DNA from: Candidatus Krumholzibacteriia bacterium | GTDB taxonomy: Bacteria; Krumholzibacteriota; Krumholzibacteriia; Krumholzibacteriales; Krumholzibacteriaceae | DNA length: 64,000 bases | Direction of reading: 5' to 3' | Assembly (NCBI GenBank): GCA_963836185.1 | Contig: CAWIIQ010000001.1 | Coordinates: forward strand, 2,009,424-2,073,423 | Shown: piece by piece, positions 50,456-59,646 of the stretch | How positions within the stretch are numbered: position 1 is the first letter of the stretch | Layout: each line of letters starts with the position of its first letter | Notes under the pieces: generated by a model | What the model was told of the DNA's origin: nothing | Seen by the model: the letters and a program-made list of their open reading frames with translations, nothing else | Databases searched by the model: none | Position numbers and translations under genes: made by a program

Positions 50456-50842
50456 CTAGTACATGGGGTTTTCATTCACTCTTGTCTTTGGAATCTGCTG
50501 CATCGAGTCCCAATGCTCGACGATTTTGCCGTGTTCATCAAACCGGAAGAAATCCATCGTCACATACTCATCGCCTCCGGGCCATACCTGGTGAGTGTGA
50601 AGCGCAACCAGATCGCCTTCTGCAACCGATCGCACAAATTCAATCGACTTTTCAGGATACTCTGATGCCATTCTCTCGAAGTATTCGATGAACGGCTCTG
50701 GCCCGTTGCCGACCAGCGGATTGTGCTGGATGTATTCTGCGCCCACGTACTTCTCGACAGCTTCTCGAGGAGACCCTTCATAGGCGGTCTTATAGAACGC
50801 GATGGCATTTCTCTTGTTTGCTTCAATATCCTGAGTCACCAT
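50456..50842 (-). CDS. SnoaL-like / NTF2-fold protein
   Basis: ...KRNAIAFYKTAYEGSPREAVEKYVGAEYIQHNP...GDLVALHTHQ...EHGKIVEHWD... is the SnoaL-like polyketide cyclase fold. Trimmed to MVTQDIE. Confidence 0.6.
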   Translation of the reverse strand: MVTQDIEANKRNAIAFYKTAYEGSPREAVEKYVGAEYIQHNPLVGNGPEPFIEYFERMASEYPEKSIEFVRSVAEGDLVALHTHQVWPGGDEYVTMDFFRFDEHGKIVEHWDSMQQIPKTRVNENPMY

Positions 50843-51306
50843 ACCCTCCAATGCATGATTGCCGAGAATAGTAATTTCGCACACCGGGGGTCAACAGGAG
50901 AAGGATGCATCAAGAATCCGTCGACAGCTGTGACATATTGGATTGGGCTTCTAAGACCAATCAGGAATCCTTGAACGGTCAACCAGGCTGCGAGCGTCAC
51001 ACCGAGCACCAGCGTTCCTGTCCATGCCCAATGATATGTTTTCGACGGGAATACAGACGCTGCCCATTTCCATCGGGGACAGACCAATAGCCCATAAATC
51101 AGTGCCAAAGTCGCTGTTCCCATAATAACCAGTAAGAATAGACCCGGCAGATGGTAATCAGATACTGGCAATTGGGGCAGTAACTCATTCAGCTGAAGCG
51201 ATCTTCCCGAAGGATCGACCAGCATGGCAATGCCGCCATACAATCCACCCACACAGAGCAGAAGAAGCAGAAAAAGGATTACCCAGATGGTCAAGGGGCG
51301 GCGCAT
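50836..51306 (-). CDS. Membrane protein (hypothetical)
   Basis: 156 aa, four TM helices. Confidence 0.35.
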   Translation of the reverse strand: MRRPLTIWVILFLLLLLCVGGLYGGIAMLVDPSGRSLQLNELLPQLPVSDYHLPGLFLLVIMGTATLALIYGLLVCPRWKWAASVFPSKTYHWAWTGTLVLGVTLAAWLTVQGFLIGLRSPIQYVTAVDGFLMHPSPVDPRCAKLLFSAIMHWRVW

Positions 51307-51510
51307 GCATGTATCCCCTGTTATATTTGACTTTTCTTTTTATTTCCGCCAGTATAGTCAGTCACAGGTAATCGAATAATTTGTAATTATATAAGTAACA
51401 TATGCCATTTCCATACTACAACAATCTAAGCGCGACCAAGAAAGAGTATTTACAGGAAAAGCGATGCCATAGATAGCATTCCTGTCAAGGATCCGGACCG
51501 CATACACCCT

Positions 51511-52002
51511 GTGGCCATTAAACTCAAGAAGTCCCTTGAGGAGAATAAGCGCCGCGATGTAGCTAAGCATGCCTCTGAACTCTGCCGCCTGGTATGCAAG
51601 GGCCTCGACACAGAAGCACTCAGCGTAAAAATAAGCTCGAAGCGCCCATCAAGCGATACTGAAGAACTGCATGGCTTATATGAGTGGGCAGAGGGGGAAA
51701 CTCCTGTGCTTACTGTCTGGATGAAGACCGCCGTCAAGGGACAGGTGGTAGCGTTCAAATCATTCATCAGGACGGTACTTCACGAACTCTGTCATCATTT
51801 GGACTACACTCACTTCGATCTTGATGACTCTTTCCACACAGAAGGCTTTTTTAAAAGAGAATCTTCTCTCTACAAACAAATAGTCCCCATGGAGCTTCAA
51901 AAAAGTAAGCCAGATAAAAAGAAAGCCCCCCAAAAGAAGGCTGAAAGGCAAAAAAGTAAAGAGCCGGAACAAATGGATCTTTTTAACGCTTGCTTCGCCT
52001 GA
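51511..52002 (+). CDS. HExxH zinc-metallopeptidase-like protein (DUF45/SprT-like), possibly N-terminally truncated
   Basis: ...VAFKSFIRTVLHELCHHLDYTHFDLDDSFHTEGFF... carries an HExxH...H motif in a YgjP/SprT-like context. It starts with GTG and has no upstream ATG in frame. It is on the plus strand, opposite the surrounding genes, with AT-rich DNA upstream. Confidence 0.4.
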   Translation: MAIKLKKSLEENKRRDVAKHASELCRLVCKGLDTEALSVKISSKRPSSDTEELHGLYEWAEGETPVLTVWMKTAVKGQVVAFKSFIRTVLHELCHHLDYTHFDLDDSFHTEGFFKRESSLYKQIVPMELQKSKPDKKKAPQKKAERQKSKEPEQMDLFNACFA

Positions 52003-52035
52003 AAAGTCGTTTCGTGCAGACCAGGCGCCCGCGGG

Positions 52036-52605
52036 TTATTGCTCCCGCGCTGCTTTCCGAAACAACCAGGCCGACAAAAGCCACAGCGCGGCGAAGAACC
52101 CGGTCGATACCAGGATATCCAGCGGCCAGGTCGGCCCCGTGGAGCCGAATCCGGCGATCAGCGCGATCACGGCGACCAACACCTGAGCGAGCGCCGTCGC
52201 GAACAACGCGCGTGCCATTCCATGGGGCCGGAAGCGCGCGATGATGGCACCGATGATTCCGACGGCGAGCACCCCGCCATACATCAAGTTGGCGTCGTCG
52301 TGCTCAGTCCCGATGATGCCAACGGCACCGTTCACCCAGACGAGGATAAATGCTGCCGCGAGCGCAACGCCGACGGCGGATCGGTACGCGGTATTGCCTG
52401 TCTTCCTCGCTGCCAGCTCATAGGTGACACCAGCGCCGACCAGGAGGGCGCCGAGGACAGCGAAATCGGTCACATCCCAGACGACTTGATCGGTGACCTG
52501 CATCGCGAACAGGGGCAGCAGCATTATGAGCGCTGCGGCGGCCCAGGCTGCTATCCTCCATCGGTTCCGGCGCCGTCTGCCACCGTTTTCCGTGTTTCCT
52601 GTCAT
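52036..52605 (-). CDS. Membrane protein (hypothetical)
   Basis: 189 aa, 5-6 TM helices, Arg-rich N-terminus. Confidence 0.4.
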   Translation of the reverse strand: MTGNTENGGRRRRNRWRIAAWAAAALIMLLPLFAMQVTDQVVWDVTDFAVLGALLVGAGVTYELAARKTGNTAYRSAVGVALAAAFILVWVNGAVGIIGTEHDDANLMYGGVLAVGIIGAIIARFRPHGMARALFATALAQVLVAVIALIAGFGSTGPTWPLDILVSTGFFAALWLLSAWLFRKAAREQ

Positions 52606-52752
52606 CGCCTTGCCTCCGGTGATGCGTCTTGGCAGCCAGTCGCCATAAATGCCTCGTGAAACACCATGATGCCTTGTGGAATATTTTCACCTAACGGCAA
52701 GGCAAGGAATACTTCCTGTGGGATTCCTTCGTAAACCAACTCAGGATAATTT

Positions 52753-53175
52753 TTAAAAACCGAACTGTTTATAATAATTCGGATCACCGACAAGAGCGCA
52801 ACCCTGGGCGCCTAACTTTTTAAGCTGAGACAACCCTTCGTTAACAAGTGATTTCCCGATGCCTTGCTTTTGATACTCCGGCAAAACTGAAACCGGACCG
52901 AGGCCATACCAGCCTGTAGCGCCGTCAGAAATTGTTACAGGTGAAAAAGCAATATGCCCGATGACTTGCCCATCATTTTCTGCCACAAGGGAGATAGTCA
53001 AAACACCAGCTGCACGCAACGCATTTATTATGAAATGTTTAGTCTGGTTGCTGACTTGGACCGTCTCGAAGGCAGCTATTGTTACCTGGGTTATTGCCTC
53101 AATACCTGCGATCGTTTCTTTTCTAATAATCATTTCCATACTCCGGTTCCATTTCATAATTCTACCAGGATCCAT
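52753..53175 (-). CDS. GNAT-family N-acetyltransferase (start uncertain; possibly the Met at 53133)
   Basis: ...IGHIAFSPV...LGPVSVLPEYQKQGIGKSLVNEGLSQLKKLGAQGCALVGDPNYY... is the GNAT A/B motif. Confidence 0.65.
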   Translation of the reverse strand: MDPGRIMKWNRSMEMIIRKETIAGIEAITQVTIAAFETVQVSNQTKHFIINALRAAGVLTISLVAENDGQVIGHIAFSPVTISDGATGWYGLGPVSVLPEYQKQGIGKSLVNEGLSQLKKLGAQGCALVGDPNYYKQFGF

Positions 53176-53209
53176 AATCGTCGTGGCCGGAGCTCTGAGT
53201 CATCTTGAA

Positions 53210-53608
53210 TCATGAATTGTTCAGATCCTCTGGCAAGCCCAGCCATGCCAGGGCGGCGTCCATGGCACGGAATACCACAAAATTCCAATGCACAGAATCG
53301 GCAAGCACTTCATACATTCTGGCCAGACTGAAGGAGAGATCCTTTGTAGCCACAACGGCTACTTTTGTGCTTACTGTAATGCCGGTGAGTTTCTCTTCCA
53401 CTGATTCAGCAAAACGAAGAAGTGCTTCAGGGCTCCTGGAGCTGCTGTGTGTTTCCCGTAAGTCAACCAACATGTTCATCGGTGGTTTGAATGTATCGCT
53501 TTCAAAGAATGCTTTGTAGAAGGCAAGAAACTCGTCGTCCGGCACTCGCCCGGTATGCACAAAAACAACCAGTTTGTATTCCGGTCTGACATGAGATTCA
53601 ATGGTCAT
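53210..53608 (-). CDS. Hypothetical small protein, paralog of 49850..50200
   Basis: 132 aa with the shared C-terminal SLARMYEVLADS...VVFRAMDAALAWLGLPED motif. Confidence 0.4.
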   Translation of the reverse strand: MTIESHVRPEYKLVVFVHTGRVPDDEFLAFYKAFFESDTFKPPMNMLVDLRETHSSSRSPEALLRFAESVEEKLTGITVSTKVAVVATKDLSFSLARMYEVLADSVHWNFVVFRAMDAALAWLGLPEDLNNS

Positions 53609-53974
53609 AAGTCCTCCTTATATGATCCTGACTTCGTAGAGTATTTCATTTCCTCGCCACAAGAATTACTTCACCGCAATATTTCCTTAGTCCTGGAAAT
53701 AAGGCCAGCAAGATATTATCTGTTTTCTTTACAAGATACAGAAACCAACGAATGGGTGGAAATGTTAATCCGTTTCTAAAAATACGCTTACTCATAAAGA
53801 AAAGAGACATCAATTCAATGCTGTACATCAATCTTATAAGTCCTGGAGTCAAACGGCAGGCTGTCTTTTTATTCTATGTCGTGCTCTTCACTTTCAATGC
53901 GTTCCCATTCCTCAGGAGATATATGGCTATTTTTTGTCATCTTGTGATTCCTTTCTTGATCTTTTTACATTCGA

Positions 53975-54085
53975 TCCATTGTTCAGTTTCAGATGCGAAG
54001 ACGATTGCCCGGCCCGTGCCCCGCAGTCGCCGTGACAGACAAGACAGGCAGCTGAAGGCAGAAGCTGGATGACTTCATTTCCTCT
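53975..54085 (-). other. attC-like site (core conserved, ends degenerate)
   Basis: ...gttcagtttcagatgcgaag...gtgccccgcagtcgccgtgacagacaagac...cagctgaagg... shares the central core with the other attC copies. Confidence 0.4.
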
Positions 54086-54827
54086 CAACAGATCTTGCTA
54101 CAACGGCGAACTCATCAGCATCAGGATCATAAACCTTACCAGCAACATCACCCCAGATTTCAATTACCTGTAGCCCACAACTATCGAATTCGCTCTTGAC
54201 CTCTGATGGTTCAAAGCACTGAAGCCAATTGAAGACCTGACGCGTACGTTCCCTTTCGACTATGGTGTACTTGTCCAGTAATACTCGCTCTTTATCATAT
54301 TTGAACTTATTGAGAAATCCATAATATTCATCCGGAGACCAGAATCCGTTGAGAAGATTCAACTCGTAGGTTGCACTCTCTTTGCGTCGGTCGAACATGT
54401 GTTCGAATAGACATCGAGAAGAACAGCTCCCCCATCAGCCAGTAACATACGGTATTTATTCAACATTAAAGAACGCTGATCACGATTGAGCGCGCAAAAG
54501 TCACACATGATCATTATGATCAGATCAAAGCGAGCAATCTGTGTCATAGCTTAGATAGTCCGCCTCGACGTATTCGATATCCAGATTTTCATCTGCAGCC
54601 TTATCGCGGGCATATCGAAGCGAGTTGGCCGAAAAGTCAATTCCCGTGACTTTTGCACCGGCCTGAGCGAGGCGCTGTGCATATAACCCAGGCCCACATC
54701 CGAAATCTGCCACTCTGGATTCAGCAGTAAGCCCGAAATGCGACACGATCCACTCCACAGAACGTTCAATAAAAACAGGATTCCTCGATGCTGCCTCTAT
54801 ATTCTCATTCAGATGATACGAGAGCAT
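54075..54827 (-). pseudogene. SAM-dependent methyltransferase cassette gene, fragmented into three ORFs by two frame disruptions
   Basis: ORFs 54525..54827 (motif I VADFGCGPGLYA), 54359..54547 (LIIMIMCDFCAL) and 54075..54398 (C-terminal) are consecutive pieces of one methyltransferase in three frames. Confidence 0.6.
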
Positions 54828-54934
54828 CTGTTCCGATGTGTATGGATCGGTCCATAACTCTTGTGTTGTGTACTCCGAAAACGGTTCTAGGCCGTCTATT
54901 TACTTCATGTAAAAATTCGTACAATTGGATCTCC

Positions 54935-55010
54935 CTTAATCGCAGCTAAAGTTCAGCTTAAGCAGCAGCGAGAAGCGCCGACAACAAGCTATGATCTAAA
55001 AACCTTTCTG
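54935..55010 (-). other. Degenerate attC-like element
   Basis: ccttaatcgcagctaaagttcagcttaagcagcagcg resembles the left arm (cctaacgtgagcttcagctgcgg) of the attC family. Confidence 0.25.
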
Positions 55011-55036
55011 TCTGTGTCTCCAACAAGGGGCAGCCG

Positions 55037-56525
55037 TCACTTGATCTTCTTGGCCGGAATCTCCATGCCTTGGTAAAAGATGACCAGGCCGGTCACGGTG
55101 CCATCAGAATCTCGGCTGAAGGTGAAGTAATACGGCTTTCCGTCAATGAAGAATTCCGTCTCGGAGACGGCCATCACGTCGTCCCAGTAGTTCCCGTCCC
55201 CGGACCCGACCAGACGTCCATCCTCAACCTTCAGGAAGATAGAATCCCCTGGCTGCACTTCATACTGCCCGGTGACGGCATCGAAGATCGAGGGATCGAT
55301 CTTGACGGTCTTCCGCTCCGGCTCGGGTGTCGGTGGCGGAACCGAAGGGTCGAACGGCTGATACCCCAGCCATGTGAAGGGCGAACTCTGGTCACCGATC
55401 ACTCGCTCGACGATCAGGTGAGCGATGCTCTCGAAGTTGGAACTATTGCTCAGGAGGACAACCCCGATCTTCTTGTCCAGGTAGGTGACCGTGTAGTTCT
55501 CCCAGCCGACATCGTGACCCGTGTGGAAGAACGCCCGCCCGAACTCGGTTTCGAACAGGCCCCACCCAAGTCCCCAGGCGAGATGAATGGTCTTGTTATC
55601 CTCCGTTGTTTCGCCCGCCAACGGGCCGAACATTCTTTTGGACAGCACCGGGACCTGAGGCGCGAACATCTGATCGATCGAATCCTGCTCGAGACCCTCG
55701 CCACTCAGAACAGCAAGGAGTAGCCTCGCAAAGTCCGAGGCGGTGGTCAGCAAGGATCCGGCTGCGCTCGGTTTCGCGCCCCGGCTCTTCTTGATCCGTT
55801 TCTGTCGTTCCGTGTGCCCGTCGGCGTGGTTCGTTTCGAAAGCCGGCTCCCAGACATAGCTTGTGTGCGACATGTTCAACGGCATAAACAGACTCTCCCG
55901 GGCCAGTACATCCAGGGGCTTGCCCGTTATGTTCTCGACAACCATCTGCAGAAAGTGGAAACCCTTCGCCGCTGTAGCTGAACCGTTCGCCCGGTGGAAA
56001 GACGAACGTGAGTTCGCCTCCCTCCTACAGCAGGCGGAAATTGGGCCAGCCCGTGGTATGCGTCAACACACGGCGGGCCGTAATCTCCCGCATCCGAGGG
56101 TCATCCCTCAGATCCTCCCACTTCGGATACTCGCCGATGGGCCTGTCAAGGTAATCAACAAGGGGGCGATCCAACTCCAGCAATCCGTTCTCGACCAACT
56201 GCATGACCAGACAGGCAAAAGTCGGCTTGCTGAACGAGAGCCCGGGGAACACCGTCTCCCGATCCGGGACAAGTCCCGACGTACGGCTCTTCAGGCCCCA
56301 CTCGTGCTCGTAGACTACATCGCCGTCGTTGATGATCGCCATCTGAAGGCCCATCACGCCGGCGTTATCCATCACCGCCGCGACATACTCTTCTATTTCA
56401 CCTACGGAGACGTAGCTGTCGTCGATCCGCCTGATCTGCTGCCTGCCTGCATCGACCGTGCGCGAGTCGCATGCCCATAACATCGCAGTGACAAGCAGCA
56501 TGGGAATAAGGAGCATGGCTCTCAT
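55037..56525 (-). pseudogene. Beta-lactamase/transpeptidase-family serine hydrolase cassette gene, disrupted (in-frame TAG at ~56025 plus a 1-nt frameshift at ~55950)
   Basis: The N-terminal part has lipobox LWAC and SFSK (SxxK); the middle has ...PGERFSYSGEGF (the YxN-type motif region) in an unannotated frame; the C-terminal part has ...NITGKPLDVLARESLF... and HTG (KTG-like). The three pieces are separated by a TAG stop and a +1 shift. Confidence 0.6.
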
Positions 56526-56559
56526 GAATTCTTTCTCCGATCCGAAACGAGCGGGATTA

Positions 56560-56670
56560 CACTTTCGACAGCACATCGTTCAGCTTCAGCTGCGGTCGCC
56601 AGGCTGGCGCGGTGGGTGCCCCGCAGCCGCCGTGACAGCCAAGACCGCCAGTTGCATGCGAGGGTTAGGC
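56560..56670 (-). other. attC site
   Basis: cgttcagcttcagctgcggtcgccaggctggcgcggtgggtgccccgcagccgccgtgacagccaagaccgccagttgcatgcgagggttaggc; the R''-side GTTAGGC is at 56664..56670. Confidence 0.55.
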
Positions 56671-56674
56671 CTAC

Positions 56675-57118
56675 TTAAACCCTCTTGGGACGGAGAAACG
56701 CTACAACACCAAACGTTATTCCAACAAGAATATCCACTGCCGCACAGATAAATAGAATTGTCGATATACTTTGCATCGACGGGCCGTGAGATCGGTATGC
56801 TGAGGCCGCGTCGACAAGCGCTAATCCCAACATCAGAACAACGAATCCGACTACAACAAGACCAGATGTCGAGGCCCAACTTCGTTCCTTTGACACAATA
56901 ACTATAACCGCACAAGCAGTTGCTGCAACTAGGGTTAAACTAAAATTCACCCAGAATGCCGGCACGGCTCTATTTGGATTGGCACCAGGAGAGTTGTCAG
57001 ACTTGATCCCTGGGATCACACTCAGCGCCAATAATATGGCAACCAAGACGAGAAGAATCGTACAGCCCAGCAGCATTCGTCTGCTCGACTTGAGGTTCAT
57101 CTTCATAATTTCCTCCAA
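56675..57118 (-). CDS. Cassette-encoded membrane protein (hypothetical)
   Basis: 147 aa, 4 TM helices, flanked by attC sites. Confidence 0.45.
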   Translation of the reverse strand: MEEIMKMNLKSSRRMLLGCTILLVLVAILLALSVIPGIKSDNSPGANPNRAVPAFWVNFSLTLVAATACAVIVIVSKERSWASTSGLVVVGFVVLMLGLALVDAASAYRSHGPSMQSISTILFICAAVDILVGITFGVVAFLRPKRV

Positions 57119-57141
57119 ATCATGATCTCATTCCCAACTGG

Positions 57142-57237
57142 GCCAAACGTCTGTTTCAGCTGCGACAAGGCTGGCGAGCCGGTTGCCCTGCAAGCGGCAT
57201 GATAGTCGCAGTCGTCAGCTGCATGCGATAGTTAGGT
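57142..57237 (-). other. attC site
   Basis: gccaaacgtctgtttcagctgcgacaaggctggcgagccggttgccctgcaagcggcatgatagtcgcagtcgtcagctgcatgcgatagttaggt. Confidence 0.55.
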
Positions 57238-57255
57238 TGTGTGTCTCCATCTCTT

Positions 57256-57849
57256 TTACCTGCGATCGTGTATACGTGGCACGAACCGCGGAACCTTTTT
57301 TTTGTACTCAATATATCTCGTGCCGAAACGAGCCGTAAGTTCACGTTCCTCAAGCACTGCTATGACGAAGATCATCACCACGTAGACGCCCCACAGAAGG
57401 TAGAGTATCAGGTAGTTGGTCAGAAGTGCCATCGCCGCAATCGCTAAAGTCATCGCGACGAACCTTGGATGCCTCATGTGCGAGTACACTCCATCCTCCA
57501 CGAGGTTTCCAGGTTCATCCGGGGAGATCTCTGACAGTCCGAATGCCATCGTCTTAGGAACCCGGCGGTAGACCAGAATGTTGAGGTACGAAGAGCCCGC
57601 TATAAGAATACACGACACACAAGCCAACGGCCAGCGGAAGCCGTATCGAACGTGTAAGAGTGGATTGCGTACCAAATACATGCCCAGCATGACCAAGATA
57701 GTAGATGCGGCAACAATGAGCATGCTCCCGGTTGATCCCAGGCGCCGCCAGAATGAGACTAAAGAATGCAGCAGCACCCACGCTATCAGAGTTGCTGGAA
57801 CAGTGATGAGCGTAAGGAGCGCAAGGTAGTAGAGCACACTATCCTGCAT
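57256..57849 (-). CDS. Isoprenylcysteine carboxyl methyltransferase (ICMT)/PEMT-family membrane methyltransferase (cassette)
   Basis: ...DGVYSHMRHPRFVAMTL... and a C-terminal EE...T..FG..Y..Y motif in a polytopic membrane protein. Confidence 0.6.
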   Translation of the reverse strand: MQDSVLYYLALLTLITVPATLIAWVLLHSLVSFWRRLGSTGSMLIVAASTILVMLGMYLVRNPLLHVRYGFRWPLACVSCILIAGSSYLNILVYRRVPKTMAFGLSEISPDEPGNLVEDGVYSHMRHPRFVAMTLAIAAMALLTNYLILYLLWGVYVVMIFVIAVLEERELTARFGTRYIEYKKKVPRFVPRIHDRR

Positions 57850-57891
57850 CGGCTTTTATACCTCTCAAATGCCAGTTCGCCATGTGTCGCA

Positions 57892-57980
57892 ACCTAACGT
57901 TGGCTCCACCTGCAAAGACGATTGGCGCGGACAGTGCGCAAGCAGGGTACGTGACAAACGGCTTTGTGGGTGCAAGCTCT
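57892..57980 (-). other. Degenerate attC-like site
   Basis: Begins acctaacgttgg and contains the palindrome ccacctgcaaag...ctttgtgggtg. Confidence 0.3.
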
Positions 57981-57982
57981 TG

Positions 57983-58624
57983 TCAGGTCGTTTCCTTCGC
58001 TCCTTCGAGATAGACGGCGTCCATCGAAAAATCTTCCACCGGCTCGACAACACATCGGATGATCGCGAACCCGGCTTCTTGTGCCCATGTCGCCATTTCG
58101 TTGCTGCAGTATCTGAGAGCAACAATGTCCGACTCGTCTCCGTAGTCGATAGCCCCGCTGCCCTCCCACGTCGCGACAACAAGCTGCCCACCGGGTCCCA
58201 GGATCCGATACCACTCACGGAAGGCCAACTCAACACCCTCGGAATCCAGGTGGTGCAGTGCAAAGAAATTCAGGACCGCGCTGCTTGATCCGAGACCAAC
58301 TGCGGACAGGTCGCGCATGTCACCGACGACAAGCTGCGCATTAGGCCCGAGCTTCTCCCCAGCAATTGATACCATGCGCGGCGACAGATCTATTCCCAAG
58401 AGCGGGCGATTACTATCGTAGCGCTCGTGGTACATGGAGAGCATATGCCCCGAGCCACAGGCGGTATCGACAACTGCGCCCGGTATATTCGCAATGCGAT
58501 CACGCAGGCGCCCCAAAATGTCGGCATAGACTGGAAGGCCTATTTCCGCGTCCATCATCTGCGCGTACGAGTCCGCCGTTTCCTCATATATTTTGCGTAC
58601 TTCATTTGTGGGCGATGGCTGCAT
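57983..58624 (-). CDS. Class I SAM-dependent methyltransferase (cassette)
   Basis: VVDTACGSGHM (motif I), LGIDLSPRMV, VVGDMRD and LGPGGQLVV motifs. The ATG follows the attC R' box by 13 nt. Confidence 0.7.
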   Translation of the reverse strand: MQPSPTNEVRKIYEETADSYAQMMDAEIGLPVYADILGRLRDRIANIPGAVVDTACGSGHMLSMYHERYDSNRPLLGIDLSPRMVSIAGEKLGPNAQLVVGDMRDLSAVGLGSSSAVLNFFALHHLDSEGVELAFREWYRILGPGGQLVVATWEGSGAIDYGDESDIVALRYCSNEMATWAQEAGFAIIRCVVEPVEDFSMDAVYLEGAKETT

Positions 58625-58637
58625 GATTTTCCAGTCG

Positions 58638-58733
58638 ACCTAACGTCAGCTTCAGCTGCGACAAGGCTGGCGGGCCGGTTGCTCCGCAAGCGGCATGACA
58701 GCCGTAGTCGCCAGCTGCAAGCAGTGGTTAAGT
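58638..58733 (-). other. attC site
   Basis: acctaacgtcagcttcagctgcgacaaggctggcgggccggttgctccgcaagcggcatgacagccgtagtcgccagctgcaagcagtggttaagt, with RYYYAAC/GTTRRRY ends. Confidence 0.6.
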
Positions 58734-58739
58734 GGTGCC

Positions 58740-58958
58740 CTAATTCTTGGACTGGCGCACGCACCACATGATCGCAAGCACTGCGCCTAGAACGCATCCG
58801 GCCCCGAACACCATGCCTAAAAAGACGGCGTGAGGTAAAGTAAGCCGCCAGAACAATACGTTAGTTTCCACAGGCTGAAAGTTCTGCAAGACGATTATGG
58901 CACCAAGTACACCTAATACGATCGCAACGATCATCTTGGCGCGTGATGGTCCTGTCAT
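58740..58958 (-). CDS. Small two-TM membrane protein (cassette)
   Basis: 72 aa, AGGAGG RBS, two hydrophobic helices. Confidence 0.45.
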   Translation of the reverse strand: MTGPSRAKMIVAIVLGVLGAIIVLQNFQPVETNVLFWRLTLPHAVFLGMVFGAGCVLGAVLAIMWCVRQSKN

Positions 58959-58993
58959 ATTCCCCTCCTATTTGAGGCCCATAGTAAATATCC

Positions 58994-59056
58994 ACTTAAC
59001 GCTCCCCCTCAGCGGCGCGCCGCAAGCGGCGCGTCCGCTGCAGCGGGTTGTTAGGC
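58994..59056 (-). other. Short attC site variant (63 bp)
   Basis: acttaacgctccccctcagcggcgcgccgcaagcggcgcgtccgctgcagcgggttgttaggc; the arms cagcggcgcgccgc / gcggcgcgTccgctg pair with one extrahelical T. Confidence 0.5.
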
Positions 59057-59100
59057 CGCACCGCCACTGCGGGAACTTGGCAGCGTGATTTCGCCATTCC

Positions 59101-59646
59101 TCAGTTCTCTTGCATCGCTCCAAATCCCGTATCGTCCGCCTCGTGCATGTCGGGGACGTTGATGGCGTGCTCGCCCAGCCATTGGTTCACCTCGACTCGC
59201 TGGAAGCGTCCCTTGGCCCCGACAAGGAACCGGATCAGCTGACCGGGTTTGGCTGGCAGTACCCGGCCTTCCTTCACCACGATGGTGCCGTTGACGATCA
59301 CAAAGGGGATGCCGACCGGCGGCAGCCCGTTCTCGCCCTCCTTGTAGGTCGCGCGGGCAGCGACGGTGGACGGGTCAAACAGCGTCAGATCGGCAACCTC
59401 CCCGACCTGCACGCGTCCGCGCTCCTTCATCGCATCCAGCCCGGTGTCCCCCAGGTGCTTGGCGGTCCAGTAGCTCAACTGCGCCAGGGTGAACCCTTGC
59501 CTTCTTGCATAAGCGTGGCCATCATCAGGGCAAAAACCATGAAACCTATTCCTCACGACGGAAAATCCGGTGCTGCATGCTAAGGAACGCCGGCTTTCCA
59601 GACTTGTCACGCAGCAACTGACCAACCGTTCCCCGGAAGGGACCAT
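59101..59646 (-). pseudogene. C-terminal fragment of a D-aminoacylase/amidohydrolase-family gene (cassette remnant)
   Basis: ...LAQLSYWTAKHLGDTGLDAMKERGRVQVGEVADLTLFDPSTVAARATY...PFVIVNGTIVVKEG... corresponds to only the C-terminal ~130 aa of this family. The ORF's 5' end overlaps the upstream gene by 100 nt. Confidence 0.45.

Noticed and set aside
50263-50475. 70-aa ORF first thought to be the N-terminal half of a frameshifted paralog of 53210..53608
   Set aside because: Alignment shows that 49850..50200 alone covers the full length of the paralog, so no frameshift is needed. The 70-aa ORF lies in low-GC DNA and overlaps the SnoaL gene end, so it is probably not coding.
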